A DNA stretch of 43,975 nucleotides from Burkholderiales bacterium (GTDB lineage: Bacteria; Pseudomonadota; Gammaproteobacteria; Burkholderiales; SHXO01), in NCBI GenBank assembly GCA_035501675.1, contig DATJVW010000023.1:1-43975 (forward strand), given 5' to 3'. Below the pieces are notes generated by a model. It was not told the origin of the DNA and made no database searches. It worked only from the letters and a program-made list of their open reading frames with translations. This document shows positions 36,331 through 43,975 of the stretch, in pieces (within the stretch, counting starts at the first letter, position 1; each line of letters opens with the position of its first letter). The translations under genes and the position numbers were made by a program.

Positions 36331-37584
36331 ATGGCTGAAATTCGAAATTACACGATGAATTTCGGTCCCCAGCACCCGGCGGCGCATGGAGTGTTGCGGC
36401 TGGTGCTCGAGCTCGATGGCGAAGTGATCCAGCGCGCCGACCCGCACATCGGCCTTCTGCACCGCGCTACGGAGAAGCTGGCCGAGCACAAGACCTACCT
36501 CCAATCCGTGCCCTACATGGATCGCCTCGACTACGTGTCGATGATGTGCAACGAGCATGCCTACTGCCTGGCCATAGAAAAGATCCTCGGCATCGATGTC
36601 CCGTTGCGTGCTCAATACATCCGGGTGATGTTCGACGAGATCACGAGGATACTGAACCACCTGCTGTGGCTCGGCGCCCATGGGCTGGACATCGGCGCCA
36701 TGACCGTCTTCCTGTACTGCTTCCGCGAACGCGAAGATTTGATGGACTGCTACGAGGCGGTGTCCGGCGCGCGGTTGCATGCCGCTTACTATCGCCCGGG
36801 CGGCGTCTATCGCGACCTGCCCGAGCGCATGCCGCAGTACGAGGAGTCACCCTTGCGCAACAAGGAGGCTGTCAAGCGTCTCAACGCGAGTCGCCAGGGC
36901 AGCCTGCTGGACTTCATCGAGGATTTCGCCACGCGCTTTCCGAAACTGGTGGACGAGTACGAGACGCTGCTCACCGACAATCGGATCTGGAAACAGCGCA
37001 CGGTGGGAGTAGGCGTCGTGTCGGCCGAGCGCGCGAAGGCGCTCGGGTTCACCGGCCCGATGCTGCGCGGGTCGGGAGTGGAATGGGACCTGCGCAAGAA
37101 GCAACCTTACGAGGTCTACGATCGCGTGCAGTTCGACATTCCCGTGGGAGTAAGCGGCGACTGCTACGACCGCTACCTGGTGCGGGTCGAGGAGATGCGC
37201 CAGAGCAACCGCATCGTCCGGCAGTGTATCGACTGGCTGCGCGACAACCCCGGTCCCGTCATCACGGGCAACCACAAAGTTGCGCCGCCCTCGCGCTTGG
37301 AGATGAAGACCAACATGGAAGAGTTGATCCATCACTTCAAGCTGTTCACCGAGGGCATCCACGTTCCCGAAGGCGAAGTCTATGCGGCGGTGGAAGCCCC
37401 GAAAGGCGAGTTCGGCATCTATCTCGTATCGGATGGCGCCAACAAGCCCTATAGGCTGAAGATCCGAGCGCCGGGCTTCGCGCATCTCGGCGCCATGGAC
37501 GAGATGGTGAAAGGGCACATGCTGGCCGATGTGGTGGCCATCATCGGAACTCAGGACCTCGTGTTCGGCGAGGTCGATCGGTGA
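36331..37584 (+). CDS. nuoD: NADH-quinone oxidoreductase subunit D
   Basis: 417 aa from [30 protein letters not shown] lies upstream. The start is moved from 36292. Confidence 0.96.
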   Translation: MAEIRNYTMNFGPQHPAAHGVLRLVLELDGEVIQRADPHIGLLHRATEKLAEHKTYLQSVPYMDRLDYVSMMCNEHAYCLAIEKILGIDVPLRAQYIRVMFDEITRILNHLLWLGAHGLDIGAMTVFLYCFREREDLMDCYEAVSGARLHAAYYRPGGVYRDLPERMPQYEESPLRNKEAVKRLNASRQGSLLDFIEDFATRFPKLVDEYETLLTDNRIWKQRTVGVGVVSAERAKALGFTGPMLRGSGVEWDLRKKQPYEVYDRVQFDIPVGVSGDCYDRYLVRVEEMRQSNRIVRQCIDWLRDNPGPVITGNHKVAPPSRLEMKTNMEELIHHFKLFTEGIHVPEGEVYAAVEAPKGEFGIYLVSDGANKPYRLKIRAPGFAHLGAMDEMVKGHMLADVVAIIGTQDLVFGEVDR

Positions 37585-37588
37585 TCGT

Positions 37589-38074
37589 GTGAACGAGCTG
37601 CTCAGCCGCGACGCGCTGGCCCGTATAGACAAAGCCCTCGCCAAGTATCCCGCCGACCAGAGGCAGTCGGCGGTGATGGCAGCGCTGACCATCGCCCAGG
37701 GCGAGCACGGTTTCCTGTCGAGCGAGACGATGGACTTCGTCGCCGAGTACCTCGGCATGCCGCCGGTCGCCGTGTACGAAGTCGCGAGCTTCTACGGCAT
37801 GTACGACCTCGAGCCGGTTGGCAAGCACAAGCTGTGCATCTGCACCAACCTGCCTTGCGCTCTTTCCGGCGCTGAGGACGCTGCCGGCCATCTGAAGAAG
37901 AGGCTGGGCATCGACTGGGATGAGACCACGCCGGACGGCCGTTTCACCCTCAAGCAAGGGGAGTGCTTCGGCGCGTGCGGGGATGCTCCCGTCCTGCTAC
38001 ACAACGACAGGAAGATGCTGATCGAGATGAGGCCCGAGATGCTCGATCGGCTCATCGCGGAACTGTCCAAGTGA
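37589..38074 (+). CDS. nuoE: NADH-quinone oxidoreductase subunit E
   Basis: 161 aa from GTG 37589 ([21 protein letters not shown]). 2Fe-2S cysteines in CICTNLPC and [10 protein letters not shown]. Confidence 0.9.
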   Translation: MNELLSRDALARIDKALAKYPADQRQSAVMAALTIAQGEHGFLSSETMDFVAEYLGMPPVAVYEVASFYGMYDLEPVGKHKLCICTNLPCALSGAEDAAGHLKKRLGIDWDETTPDGRFTLKQGECFGACGDAPVLLHNDRKMLIEMRPEMLDRLIAELSK

Positions 38075-39390
38075 AGACCTCCCATACCCCGTTCGCGACG
38101 GACGTCTACGGGCCGGATGCCGTGATCCTCAAAGGCCTGGACGGCCTGAACTGGCGGCTGAAGGATTACGAGACGCGCGGCGGTTACCAGGCGCTCAAGA
38201 AGATCCTGCAGCAGAAGATCACGCCAGAGGCGGTGATCGCGGAGGTCAAGAGGTCGACCTTGCGCGGCCGCGGCGGCGCGGGCTTTCCCACCGGGTTGAA
38301 ATGGAGCTTCATGCCGCGCAACGTCCCCGGGCAGAGGTACTTGGTGTGCAACTCGGACGAGGGCGAGCCCGGGACCTTCAAGGACTACGACATCCTGCGC
38401 TATAACCCCCACATCGTGATCGAGGGGATGATCATCGCGGCGTACGCCATGGGCATCAGCGTGGGGTACAACTATATCCACGGCGAGATCTGGGAAGTGT
38501 ACGAGCGCTTCGAGGAAGCGTTGCAGGAAGCGTATGCGGCCGGATACTTGGGCGACAAGATTCTCGCCTCCGAGTTCAGCCTCCGCCTCTATGCGCATCA
38601 CGGGTGGGGGGCCTATATCTGCGGCGAGGAAACCGCGCTGCTGGACTCTTTGGAGGGCAAGAAGGGCCAGCCGCGTTTCAAGCCGCCGTTTCCGGCCAGC
38701 TACGGTCTGTACGGCAGGCCCACGACGGTGAACAACACGGAGACTCTCGCCGCGGTTCCCTGGATCATCGTGAACGGCGGCGATGCCTTCCTCGCTCTCG
38801 GGCGGCCCAACAACGGCGGTACCAAGGTCTTTTCCGTGTCGGGTCACGTTCAGTGTCCCGGCAACTACGAGGTCAAACTGGGCACGCCGTTCGCACAGCT
38901 GCTGCAGATGGCCGGAGGCATGCGCGCCGGCGGACGGCTCAAGGCGTGCATTCCCGGTGGATCGTCGATGCCGGTCCTTCCCGGTGACGTCATGCTGGCT
39001 ACCGACATGGACTACGATTCCATCGCCAAAGCCGGTTCCATGCTCGGCTCCGGCGCGGTGATCTGCATGGACGAGACCACCTGCATGGTGCGCGCCTTGC
39101 TGCGCCTGTCATACTTCTACTACGAGGAATCCTGCGGGCAATGCACGCCCTGCCGTGAAGGGACCGGCTGGCTTTATCGAATGGTGGACCGGATCGAGCA
39201 CGGCAAAGGCACCCCGGAGGATCTGGACACCTTGCTATCGGTGAGCGATAACATCGCCGGGCGCACCATCTGCGCCCTGGGTGACGCGGCGGCGTTACCG
39301 GTGAAGAGCTTCATCAAGCACTTCCGCAAGGAGTTCGAATACCACATCGAGCACAAACGGTGCTTGGTGGGCGCCCCCGCCTACGCCTGA
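38071..39390 (+). CDS. nuoF: NADH-quinone oxidoreductase subunit F
   Basis: GTG 38071 overlaps the nuoE stop (GTGA). FMN/NADH site [10 protein letters not shown] and 4Fe-4S motif [12 protein letters not shown]. The track start 37963 lies inside nuoE. Confidence 0.93.
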   Translation: MKTSHTPFATDVYGPDAVILKGLDGLNWRLKDYETRGGYQALKKILQQKITPEAVIAEVKRSTLRGRGGAGFPTGLKWSFMPRNVPGQRYLVCNSDEGEPGTFKDYDILRYNPHIVIEGMIIAAYAMGISVGYNYIHGEIWEVYERFEEALQEAYAAGYLGDKILASEFSLRLYAHHGWGAYICGEETALLDSLEGKKGQPRFKPPFPASYGLYGRPTTVNNTETLAAVPWIIVNGGDAFLALGRPNNGGTKVFSVSGHVQCPGNYEVKLGTPFAQLLQMAGGMRAGGRLKACIPGGSSMPVLPGDVMLATDMDYDSIAKAGSMLGSGAVICMDETTCMVRALLRLSYFYYEESCGQCTPCREGTGWLYRMVDRIEHGKGTPEDLDTLLSVSDNIAGRTICALGDAAALPVKSFIKHFRKEFEYHIEHKRCLVGAPAYA

Positions 39391-39404
39391 ACGGAGCCGG
39401 TGAG

Positions 39405-41798
39405 ATGACGATGCCGGTGGTCCATATCGAGATCGACGGACACGCCATCGAGGTCCCCGGCGACTGTAACATCATCGATGCGGCCGGACGGCTCGGCATC
39501 TATGTGCCGCATTTCTGCTACCACAGGAAGCTCTCGATCGCGGCCAACTGCCGCATGTGTCTGGTGCAGGTGGAAAAGGCGCCCAAGCCGCTGCCGGCAT
39601 GCGCAACGCCGGTCACCGAAGGCATGAAGGTGTACACGCACTCGCCGGCGGCGATCCAGGCGCAGAAAGGGGTGATGGAATTCCTGCTCATCAATCATCC
39701 GCTCGACTGCCCGATCTGCGACCAGGGCGGCGAATGCCAGCTGCAGGACCTCGCGGTCGGGTATGGCGGGAGTTCCTCGCGCTACCACGAGCCCAAGCGC
39801 GTCGTGGTGAGCAAGGACCTCGGCCCGCTCGTCGCTGCAGAGGAAATGACCCGCTGCATTCAATGCACGCGCTGCGTACGGTTTGGCCAGGAGATCGCCG
39901 GCGTCAAAGAGTTGGGCATGGTCGGCCGCAGCGAACACGCCGAGATCGTGGCGTTCGTCGGCAAGACGGTGGACTCCGAGCTGTCGGGCAACATGATCGA
40001 CATCTGCCCGGTGGGCGCGCTGACCTCCAAGCCGTTTCGGTTCACCGCACGCAGCTGGGAGCTGTCGCGGCGCAGGTCGGTCAGCCCGCACTGTGGACTG
40101 GGCTCGAACCTCATCGTTCAGGTGATGCTGGACCGCGTCCTTCGCGTCCTGCCGCTGGAGAACGAGCAGATCAACGAGTGCTGGCTGTCGGACAAGGACC
40201 GCTTCTCCTACGAGGCGTTGAACTCGGAGCAGCGGCTGACACGGCCGATGATCAAGCGCGATGGCAGATGGGAGGAAGTCGAGTGGCCCTTGGCGCTGGA
40301 ACACGTCGCGCGCGGGCTGAGGGCCGTGCGCGACAAGCACGGCGCCCAAGCCATCGGTGCGCTGGCTACGCCGTACTCCACGCTGGAGGAACTTTACCTC
40401 CTGCAGAAGCTGATGCGCGGGATGGGCAGCGGCAACGTCGATTTCCGCCTGCGCCAGAGCGATTTCTCGTTGGACGGGAGGATGGCGGGCGCGCCCTGGC
40501 TCGGCCTGGAGATCGCCGACGTGGGACGGCTCGACCGCGTGCTGGTTGTCGGCAGCCAACTGCGCAAGGACCATCCGCTGCTGGCCCAGCGCCTGCGGCA
40601 GGCAGCCAAGAAAGGCGCGCAGGTGAGCGTGATCCACGCGCTGGACGACGACCAGTTGATCAAGCTGCACCAGAAGCTCGTCGTGCCGCCGGTGGAAATG
40701 GCCAATGCGCTGGGACAGGTGCTCAAAGCGGCCCGCCAGCTCGGCGCGGCGCAGCTCGTGGACGATATCGGTGCTGCGCTCGACTCGGTTTCGGTCTCGC
40801 CAGCGGCGCAGCGCATCGCCGAGAGCCTGATGAGCGGCGGCCCTCGCGCGGTTCTGCTGGGGAACATGGCACAGCACCACCCGCAGGGGTCTATCCTGCA
40901 CCAGCTCGGCCTGGCCCTGGCCGAGAGTTGCGGCGCGAAGTTCGGCTTCCTGGGCGAAGCCGCGAATAGCGTCGGCGGCTACATCGCCGGCGCCGTCCCC
41001 TTCGGTACGCCGGCGGGGCTCAACGCCGCACAGATGCTGGCGCACCCTTTGGAGGCGTACCTGCTGCTGAACGCAGAGGCGGAGCTCGACACGCAAGACC
41101 CACAGCGGGCCATGGCCGCGATGCGCGGCGCCGGCTTCGTGGTCGCGTTGTCCGCTTTCCGCCATCGGGCGTCGGAATATGCCGACGCGCTGCTGCCTGT
41201 CGCGCCCTTCACCGAGACGGCCGGCTGTTTCATCAACACGGCAGGACGGCTGCAGGCGTTCAATGGCGTGGTGCGCCCGCTGGGCGAGGCGCGCCCGGCC
41301 TGGAAAGTCCTGCGCGTGCTCGGAAATCTTCTGGGCGCGCCCGGCTTCGAGTTCGCGTCCGCCGAGCAGGTCCGCGCCGAGCTTCTGGGCACGACCGACC
41401 TCGCGGCACGGCTGTCCAACGCCGTTGCGGGGAACCGGCAGATCGGGACGCTGGCGGCACCGGCCGTCGCCGGCGTGCAGCGCATCGCCGATGTCCCGAT
41501 CTATTTCGCCGACGCGCTGGTGCGCAGGGCCCGATCGTTGCAGCAGACAGCGGACGCAGCGGTGCCGGTTGCATCGATGTCGGGCACCCTGCTGGTCCGT
41601 CTCGGGCTGCGTCATGGCGACCGCGTGCTCGCGTCAGCCGCAAGCGGCGAGGCCGTGCTTGAGGTGAAGCGCGATGACCGCATACCTGCGGGCTGCGTGC
41701 GCATTCCGGCCGCTCATCCACTGACCTCGCCGCTGGCTTCCATGTTCGGCGAGGTGCAGCTGGCGCGCGTGGCGGCAGAAGACAGGGTGAGGGCCTGA
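39405..41798 (+). CDS. nuoG: NADH-quinone oxidoreductase subunit G
   Basis: 797 aa from [12 protein letters not shown], with GGAG 9 nt upstream. Fe-S motifs [29 protein letters not shown] and [10 protein letters not shown]. Confidence 0.95.
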   Translation: MTMPVVHIEIDGHAIEVPGDCNIIDAAGRLGIYVPHFCYHRKLSIAANCRMCLVQVEKAPKPLPACATPVTEGMKVYTHSPAAIQAQKGVMEFLLINHPLDCPICDQGGECQLQDLAVGYGGSSSRYHEPKRVVVSKDLGPLVAAEEMTRCIQCTRCVRFGQEIAGVKELGMVGRSEHAEIVAFVGKTVDSELSGNMIDICPVGALTSKPFRFTARSWELSRRRSVSPHCGLGSNLIVQVMLDRVLRVLPLENEQINECWLSDKDRFSYEALNSEQRLTRPMIKRDGRWEEVEWPLALEHVARGLRAVRDKHGAQAIGALATPYSTLEELYLLQKLMRGMGSGNVDFRLRQSDFSLDGRMAGAPWLGLEIADVGRLDRVLVVGSQLRKDHPLLAQRLRQAAKKGAQVSVIHALDDDQLIKLHQKLVVPPVEMANALGQVLKAARQLGAAQLVDDIGAALDSVSVSPAAQRIAESLMSGGPRAVLLGNMAQHHPQGSILHQLGLALAESCGAKFGFLGEAANSVGGYIAGAVPFGTPAGLNAAQMLAHPLEAYLLLNAEAELDTQDPQRAMAAMRGAGFVVALSAFRHRASEYADALLPVAPFTETAGCFINTAGRLQAFNGVVRPLGEARPAWKVLRVLGNLLGAPGFEFASAEQVRAELLGTTDLAARLSNAVAGNRQIGTLAAPAVAGVQRIADVPIYFADALVRRARSLQQTADAAVPVASMSGTLLVRLGLRHGDRVLASAASGEAVLEVKRDDRIPAGCVRIPAAHPLTSPLASMFGEVQLARVAAEDRVRA

Positions 41799-42820
41799 TG
41801 GGCGAGTTCCTGGAGCAGGCGCTGGGTCCGGCCGGCGTAGCGCTTTGGACCCTCATCAAGATCATCGCGATCGCCATCCCCTTGATCCTGAGCGTTGCGT
41901 ATCTCACGCTGGCCGAGCGCAAGGTGATCGGCTACATGCAGGTCCGCATCGGTCCCAACCGCGTCGGGCCCAGAGGCCTGCTGCAGCCCATCGCGGACGT
42001 GCTCAAGCTCCTGGTCAAGGAGATCGTGATCCCCTCCGGCGCGAACAAATTCCTGTTCGTGCTGGCGCCCATCCTGCTGCTGACCCCCGCGCTTGCCGCC
42101 TGGGCGGTGATTCCCTTCGGCCCGCAACTGACGCTCGCGAACATCGACGCCGGGCTGCTCTACATCCTGGCCATGACGTCTGTGGGAGTGTACGGCGTGA
42201 CCATCGCCGGCTGGGCGTCGAACTCCAAGTATGCCTTCCTCGGCAGCCTGCGCTCGGCCGCCCAGATCGTGGCCTACGAGCTGGCGATGGGCTTTGCGCT
42301 GGTTGGGGTGCTGCTGGCCGCTCACAGCATGAATCTCGGCCAGATCGTCAGGGGCCAGGAAAGCGCATACGGCGCGGCGTCGTGGTATGTGTTTCCGCTT
42401 TTCCCGCTGTTCCTCGTGTATCTCATCTCCGGGGTGGCGGAAACCAACCGCGCTCCCTTCGACGTGGCCGAAGGCGAGTCGGAGATCGTAGCCGGCTTCC
42501 ACGTGGAATACTCGGGCATGACCTTCGCCTTGTTCTTCTTGGCCGAGTACATGAACATGATCCTGATCTCGACGCTGTGCGCGGTCATGTTCCTGGGGGG
42601 GTGGCTGTCACCGGTCCCGTTCCTGCCCGACGGCTTCCTGTGGCTCGTCCTGAAGGTGGGCTTCGTCCTGTTCTTGTTCCTCTGGTTCCGCGCCACGTTT
42701 CCGCGCTATCGCTACGATCAAATCATGCGCCTGGGGTGGAAAGTGCTCATCCCGGTGACGCTCGTATGGCTGGTGGTGGTCGCCGCCTGGGTGCAGACCC
42801 CCTGGTGGTTGTGGGGCTGA
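41798..42820 (+). CDS. nuoH: NADH-quinone oxidoreductase subunit H
   Basis: 340 aa polytopic protein. [21 protein letters not shown] and [13 protein letters not shown] overlap with the nuoG stop. Confidence 0.96.
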   Translation: MGEFLEQALGPAGVALWTLIKIIAIAIPLILSVAYLTLAERKVIGYMQVRIGPNRVGPRGLLQPIADVLKLLVKEIVIPSGANKFLFVLAPILLLTPALAAWAVIPFGPQLTLANIDAGLLYILAMTSVGVYGVTIAGWASNSKYAFLGSLRSAAQIVAYELAMGFALVGVLLAAHSMNLGQIVRGQESAYGAASWYVFPLFPLFLVYLISGVAETNRAPFDVAEGESEIVAGFHVEYSGMTFALFFLAEYMNMILISTLCAVMFLGGWLSPVPFLPDGFLWLVLKVGFVLFLFLWFRATFPRYRYDQIMRLGWKVLIPVTLVWLVVVAAWVQTPWWLWG

Positions 42821-42822
42821 GC

Positions 42823-43314
42823 ATGCTGCAGCGCATCCGGGAATTCTTCAGCAGCTTCCTGCTGTTCGAGCTGGTCAAGGGCATGGCTCTCACCGGGCGC
42901 CACCTGTTTGCGCGCAAGATCACGATCCAGTTCCCGGAGGAGAAAACGCCGCAGTCGCCGCGCTTCCGCGGGCTGCACGCGCTGCGCCGCTACCCCAATG
43001 GCGAGGAGCGCTGCATCGCTTGCAAGCTGTGCGAAGCGGTTTGCCCGGCGTTGGCGATCACCATCGAGTCCGAGCAGCGCGCTGACGGGACGCGTCGCAC
43101 CACCCGCTACGACATCGACCTGACCAAGTGCATTTTCTGCGGTTTCTGCGAGGAGTCCTGCCCGGTGGACTCGATCGTCGAGACGCGCATTCTGGAGTAC
43201 CACGGCGAGCGGCGTGGCGATCTGCTGTACACGAAGGAGATGTTGCTGGCGGTGGGCGACCGCTATGAGGAGCAGATCGCGAAGGATCGGGCGGAAGATG
43301 CGCGCTACCGGTGA
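42823..43314 (+). CDS. nuoI: NADH-quinone oxidoreductase subunit I
   Basis: 163 aa. Two 4Fe-4S ferredoxin motifs, [12 protein letters not shown] and [12 protein letters not shown]. In the track it is embedded in an artefactual 489 aa ORF. Confidence 0.95.
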   Translation: MLQRIREFFSSFLLFELVKGMALTGRHLFARKITIQFPEEKTPQSPRFRGLHALRRYPNGEERCIACKLCEAVCPALAITIESEQRADGTRRTTRYDIDLTKCIFCGFCEESCPVDSIVETRILEYHGERRGDLLYTKEMLLAVGDRYEEQIAKDRAEDARYR

Positions 43315-43317
43315 AGT

Positions 43318-43423
43318 CCGTGACTCGTGATTGGTGATTCGTGATTCGTAACTCTCGGTTCGAATCGGTGCGCTCAGGCCCCGGCGGCGCACGGGACGCG
43401 CTCTCGTTCTCACGAGTCACGAG
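43318..43423. repeat. Heptad-array inverted-repeat element, copy C, in the nuoI-nuoJ spacer
   Basis: The left arm has heptads CCGTGAC TCGTGAT TGGTGAT TCGTGAT TCGTAAC (43318-43352) and starts 4 nt after the nuoI stop. The right arm is TCACGAG TCACGAG (43410-43423). There is a 12 bp perfect inverted match, 43319-43330 versus 43410-43421. It shares the 13-mer CCGTGACTCGTGA with copy B. Confidence 0.8.
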
Positions 43424-43531
43424 TGGCTCCGGCCGCGCTTCGCGCTTAACCGCCGCAAGGCGGCGATTAGCCTACGCCGCAACAAGCCAGACGACGGCGT
43501 GTTGTCACAAATCACGCAGCACGGAGCAGAC

Positions 43532-43975
43532 ATGATCTTCCAATCTGTCGTCTTCTACGTCTTCGCAGCGATCCTGCTATTCGCAGCGATTCGTGTCATC
43601 ACGACGCGCAATCCGGTGCATGCGGCTTTGTTCCTGGTCCTGGCATTCGGCACCACGTCCGGGTTATGGATGTTGCTGGAGGCCGAATTCCTGGCCATCG
43701 CCCTGATTCTCGTCTACGTAGGCGCGGTGATGGTCCTGTTTCTGTTTGTCGTAATGATGCTCGACATCAATATTGACCGGCTCAGGGAGGGCTACTGGGA
43801 CTACCTCGTGCCCGGCTTGACGGTGGCCGGCATCATGGTGCTGGAAATGGCGATTGTCCTCGCCGGCAGGCACGCCGGCCTGCTGGCCCTTGCCGCGCCA
43901 CCGCCCAAGCCGGAGGGGTATAGCAACACCAAGGAATTGGGCCGCCTGCTCTATACCGCTTACGTCTTCCCGTTC
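43532..43975 (+). CDS. nuoJ: NADH-quinone oxidoreductase subunit J (3' end outside the window)
   Basis: ATG 43532 with GGAG 8 nt upstream. The frame is open to the window end (148 codons): MIFQSVVFYVFAAILLFAAIRVITTRNPVHAALFLVL ... YVGAVMVLFLFVVMML, typical of NuoJ. Confidence 0.9.
   Translation, partial: MIFQSVVFYVFAAILLFAAIRVITTRNPVHAALFLVLAFGTTSGLWMLLEAEFLAIALILVYVGAVMVLFLFVVMMLDINIDRLREGYWDYLVPGLTVAGIMVLEMAIVLAGRHAGLLALAAPPPKPEGYSNTKELGRLLYTAYVFPF

Noticed and set aside
43341-43535. A 64 aa ORF spanning the nuoI-nuoJ spacer, as a possible small protein.
   Set aside because: It has no Shine-Dalgarno, an Arg/Ser/Ala-rich composition and overlaps the nuoJ start out of frame. It is more simply explained as a chance ORF across the repeat element.

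Overview
This is a GC-rich (roughly mid-60s % by eye, not computed) stretch of core chromosome. Gene content and order look betaproteobacterial (Burkholderiales/Nitrosomonadales-like); that assignment is from memory of synteny, not from a search.

I call 41 protein genes and one tRNA, in this order:
- Minus strand: a partial membrane protein, lpxH, ppiB, an L,D-transpeptidase and a TPR protein.
- Plus strand: cysS and a PAS-GGDEF-EAL gene.
- Minus strand: dnaJ, dnaK, grpE, hemH and hrcA.
- Plus strand: nadK and recN.
- Minus strand: fur.
- Plus strand: bamE, dapB, carA, carB, greA, DUF4149, rlmE, ftsH, folP, glmM, pstSCAB, tpiA, secG, tRNA-Leu(GAG) and nuoA to nuoJ (nuoJ is cut by the window end).

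Many ORF-track entries are antisense or alternative-frame artefacts of high GC content. Several real genes are N-terminally over-extended in the track, and I give corrected starts.

I see no integrase, transposase, CRISPR array, defence system, toxin-antitoxin pair or biosynthetic cluster. I cannot honestly point to a novel multi-gene system here.

The most unusual signal is non-coding. A dispersed family of inverted arrays of a degenerate heptanucleotide (TCGTGAY / RTCACGA) fills three intergenic spacers. Two of these split normally tightly packed operons (carA|carB, including a perfect (ACGAATC)x8 array, and nuoI|nuoJ).

Secondary observations:
- The PAS domain of the GGDEF-EAL protein is LOV-like but lacks the photoactive cysteine.
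- The adjacent TPR and L,D-transpeptidase proteins share a C-terminal module.
- carA has a structured leader behind a near-consensus promoter.
- grpE and dnaK have sigma32-type promoters, and no CIRCE element lies near hrcA.
- nadK may be translated from a leaderless mRNA.
- The pst operon has a Pho box but no phoU.
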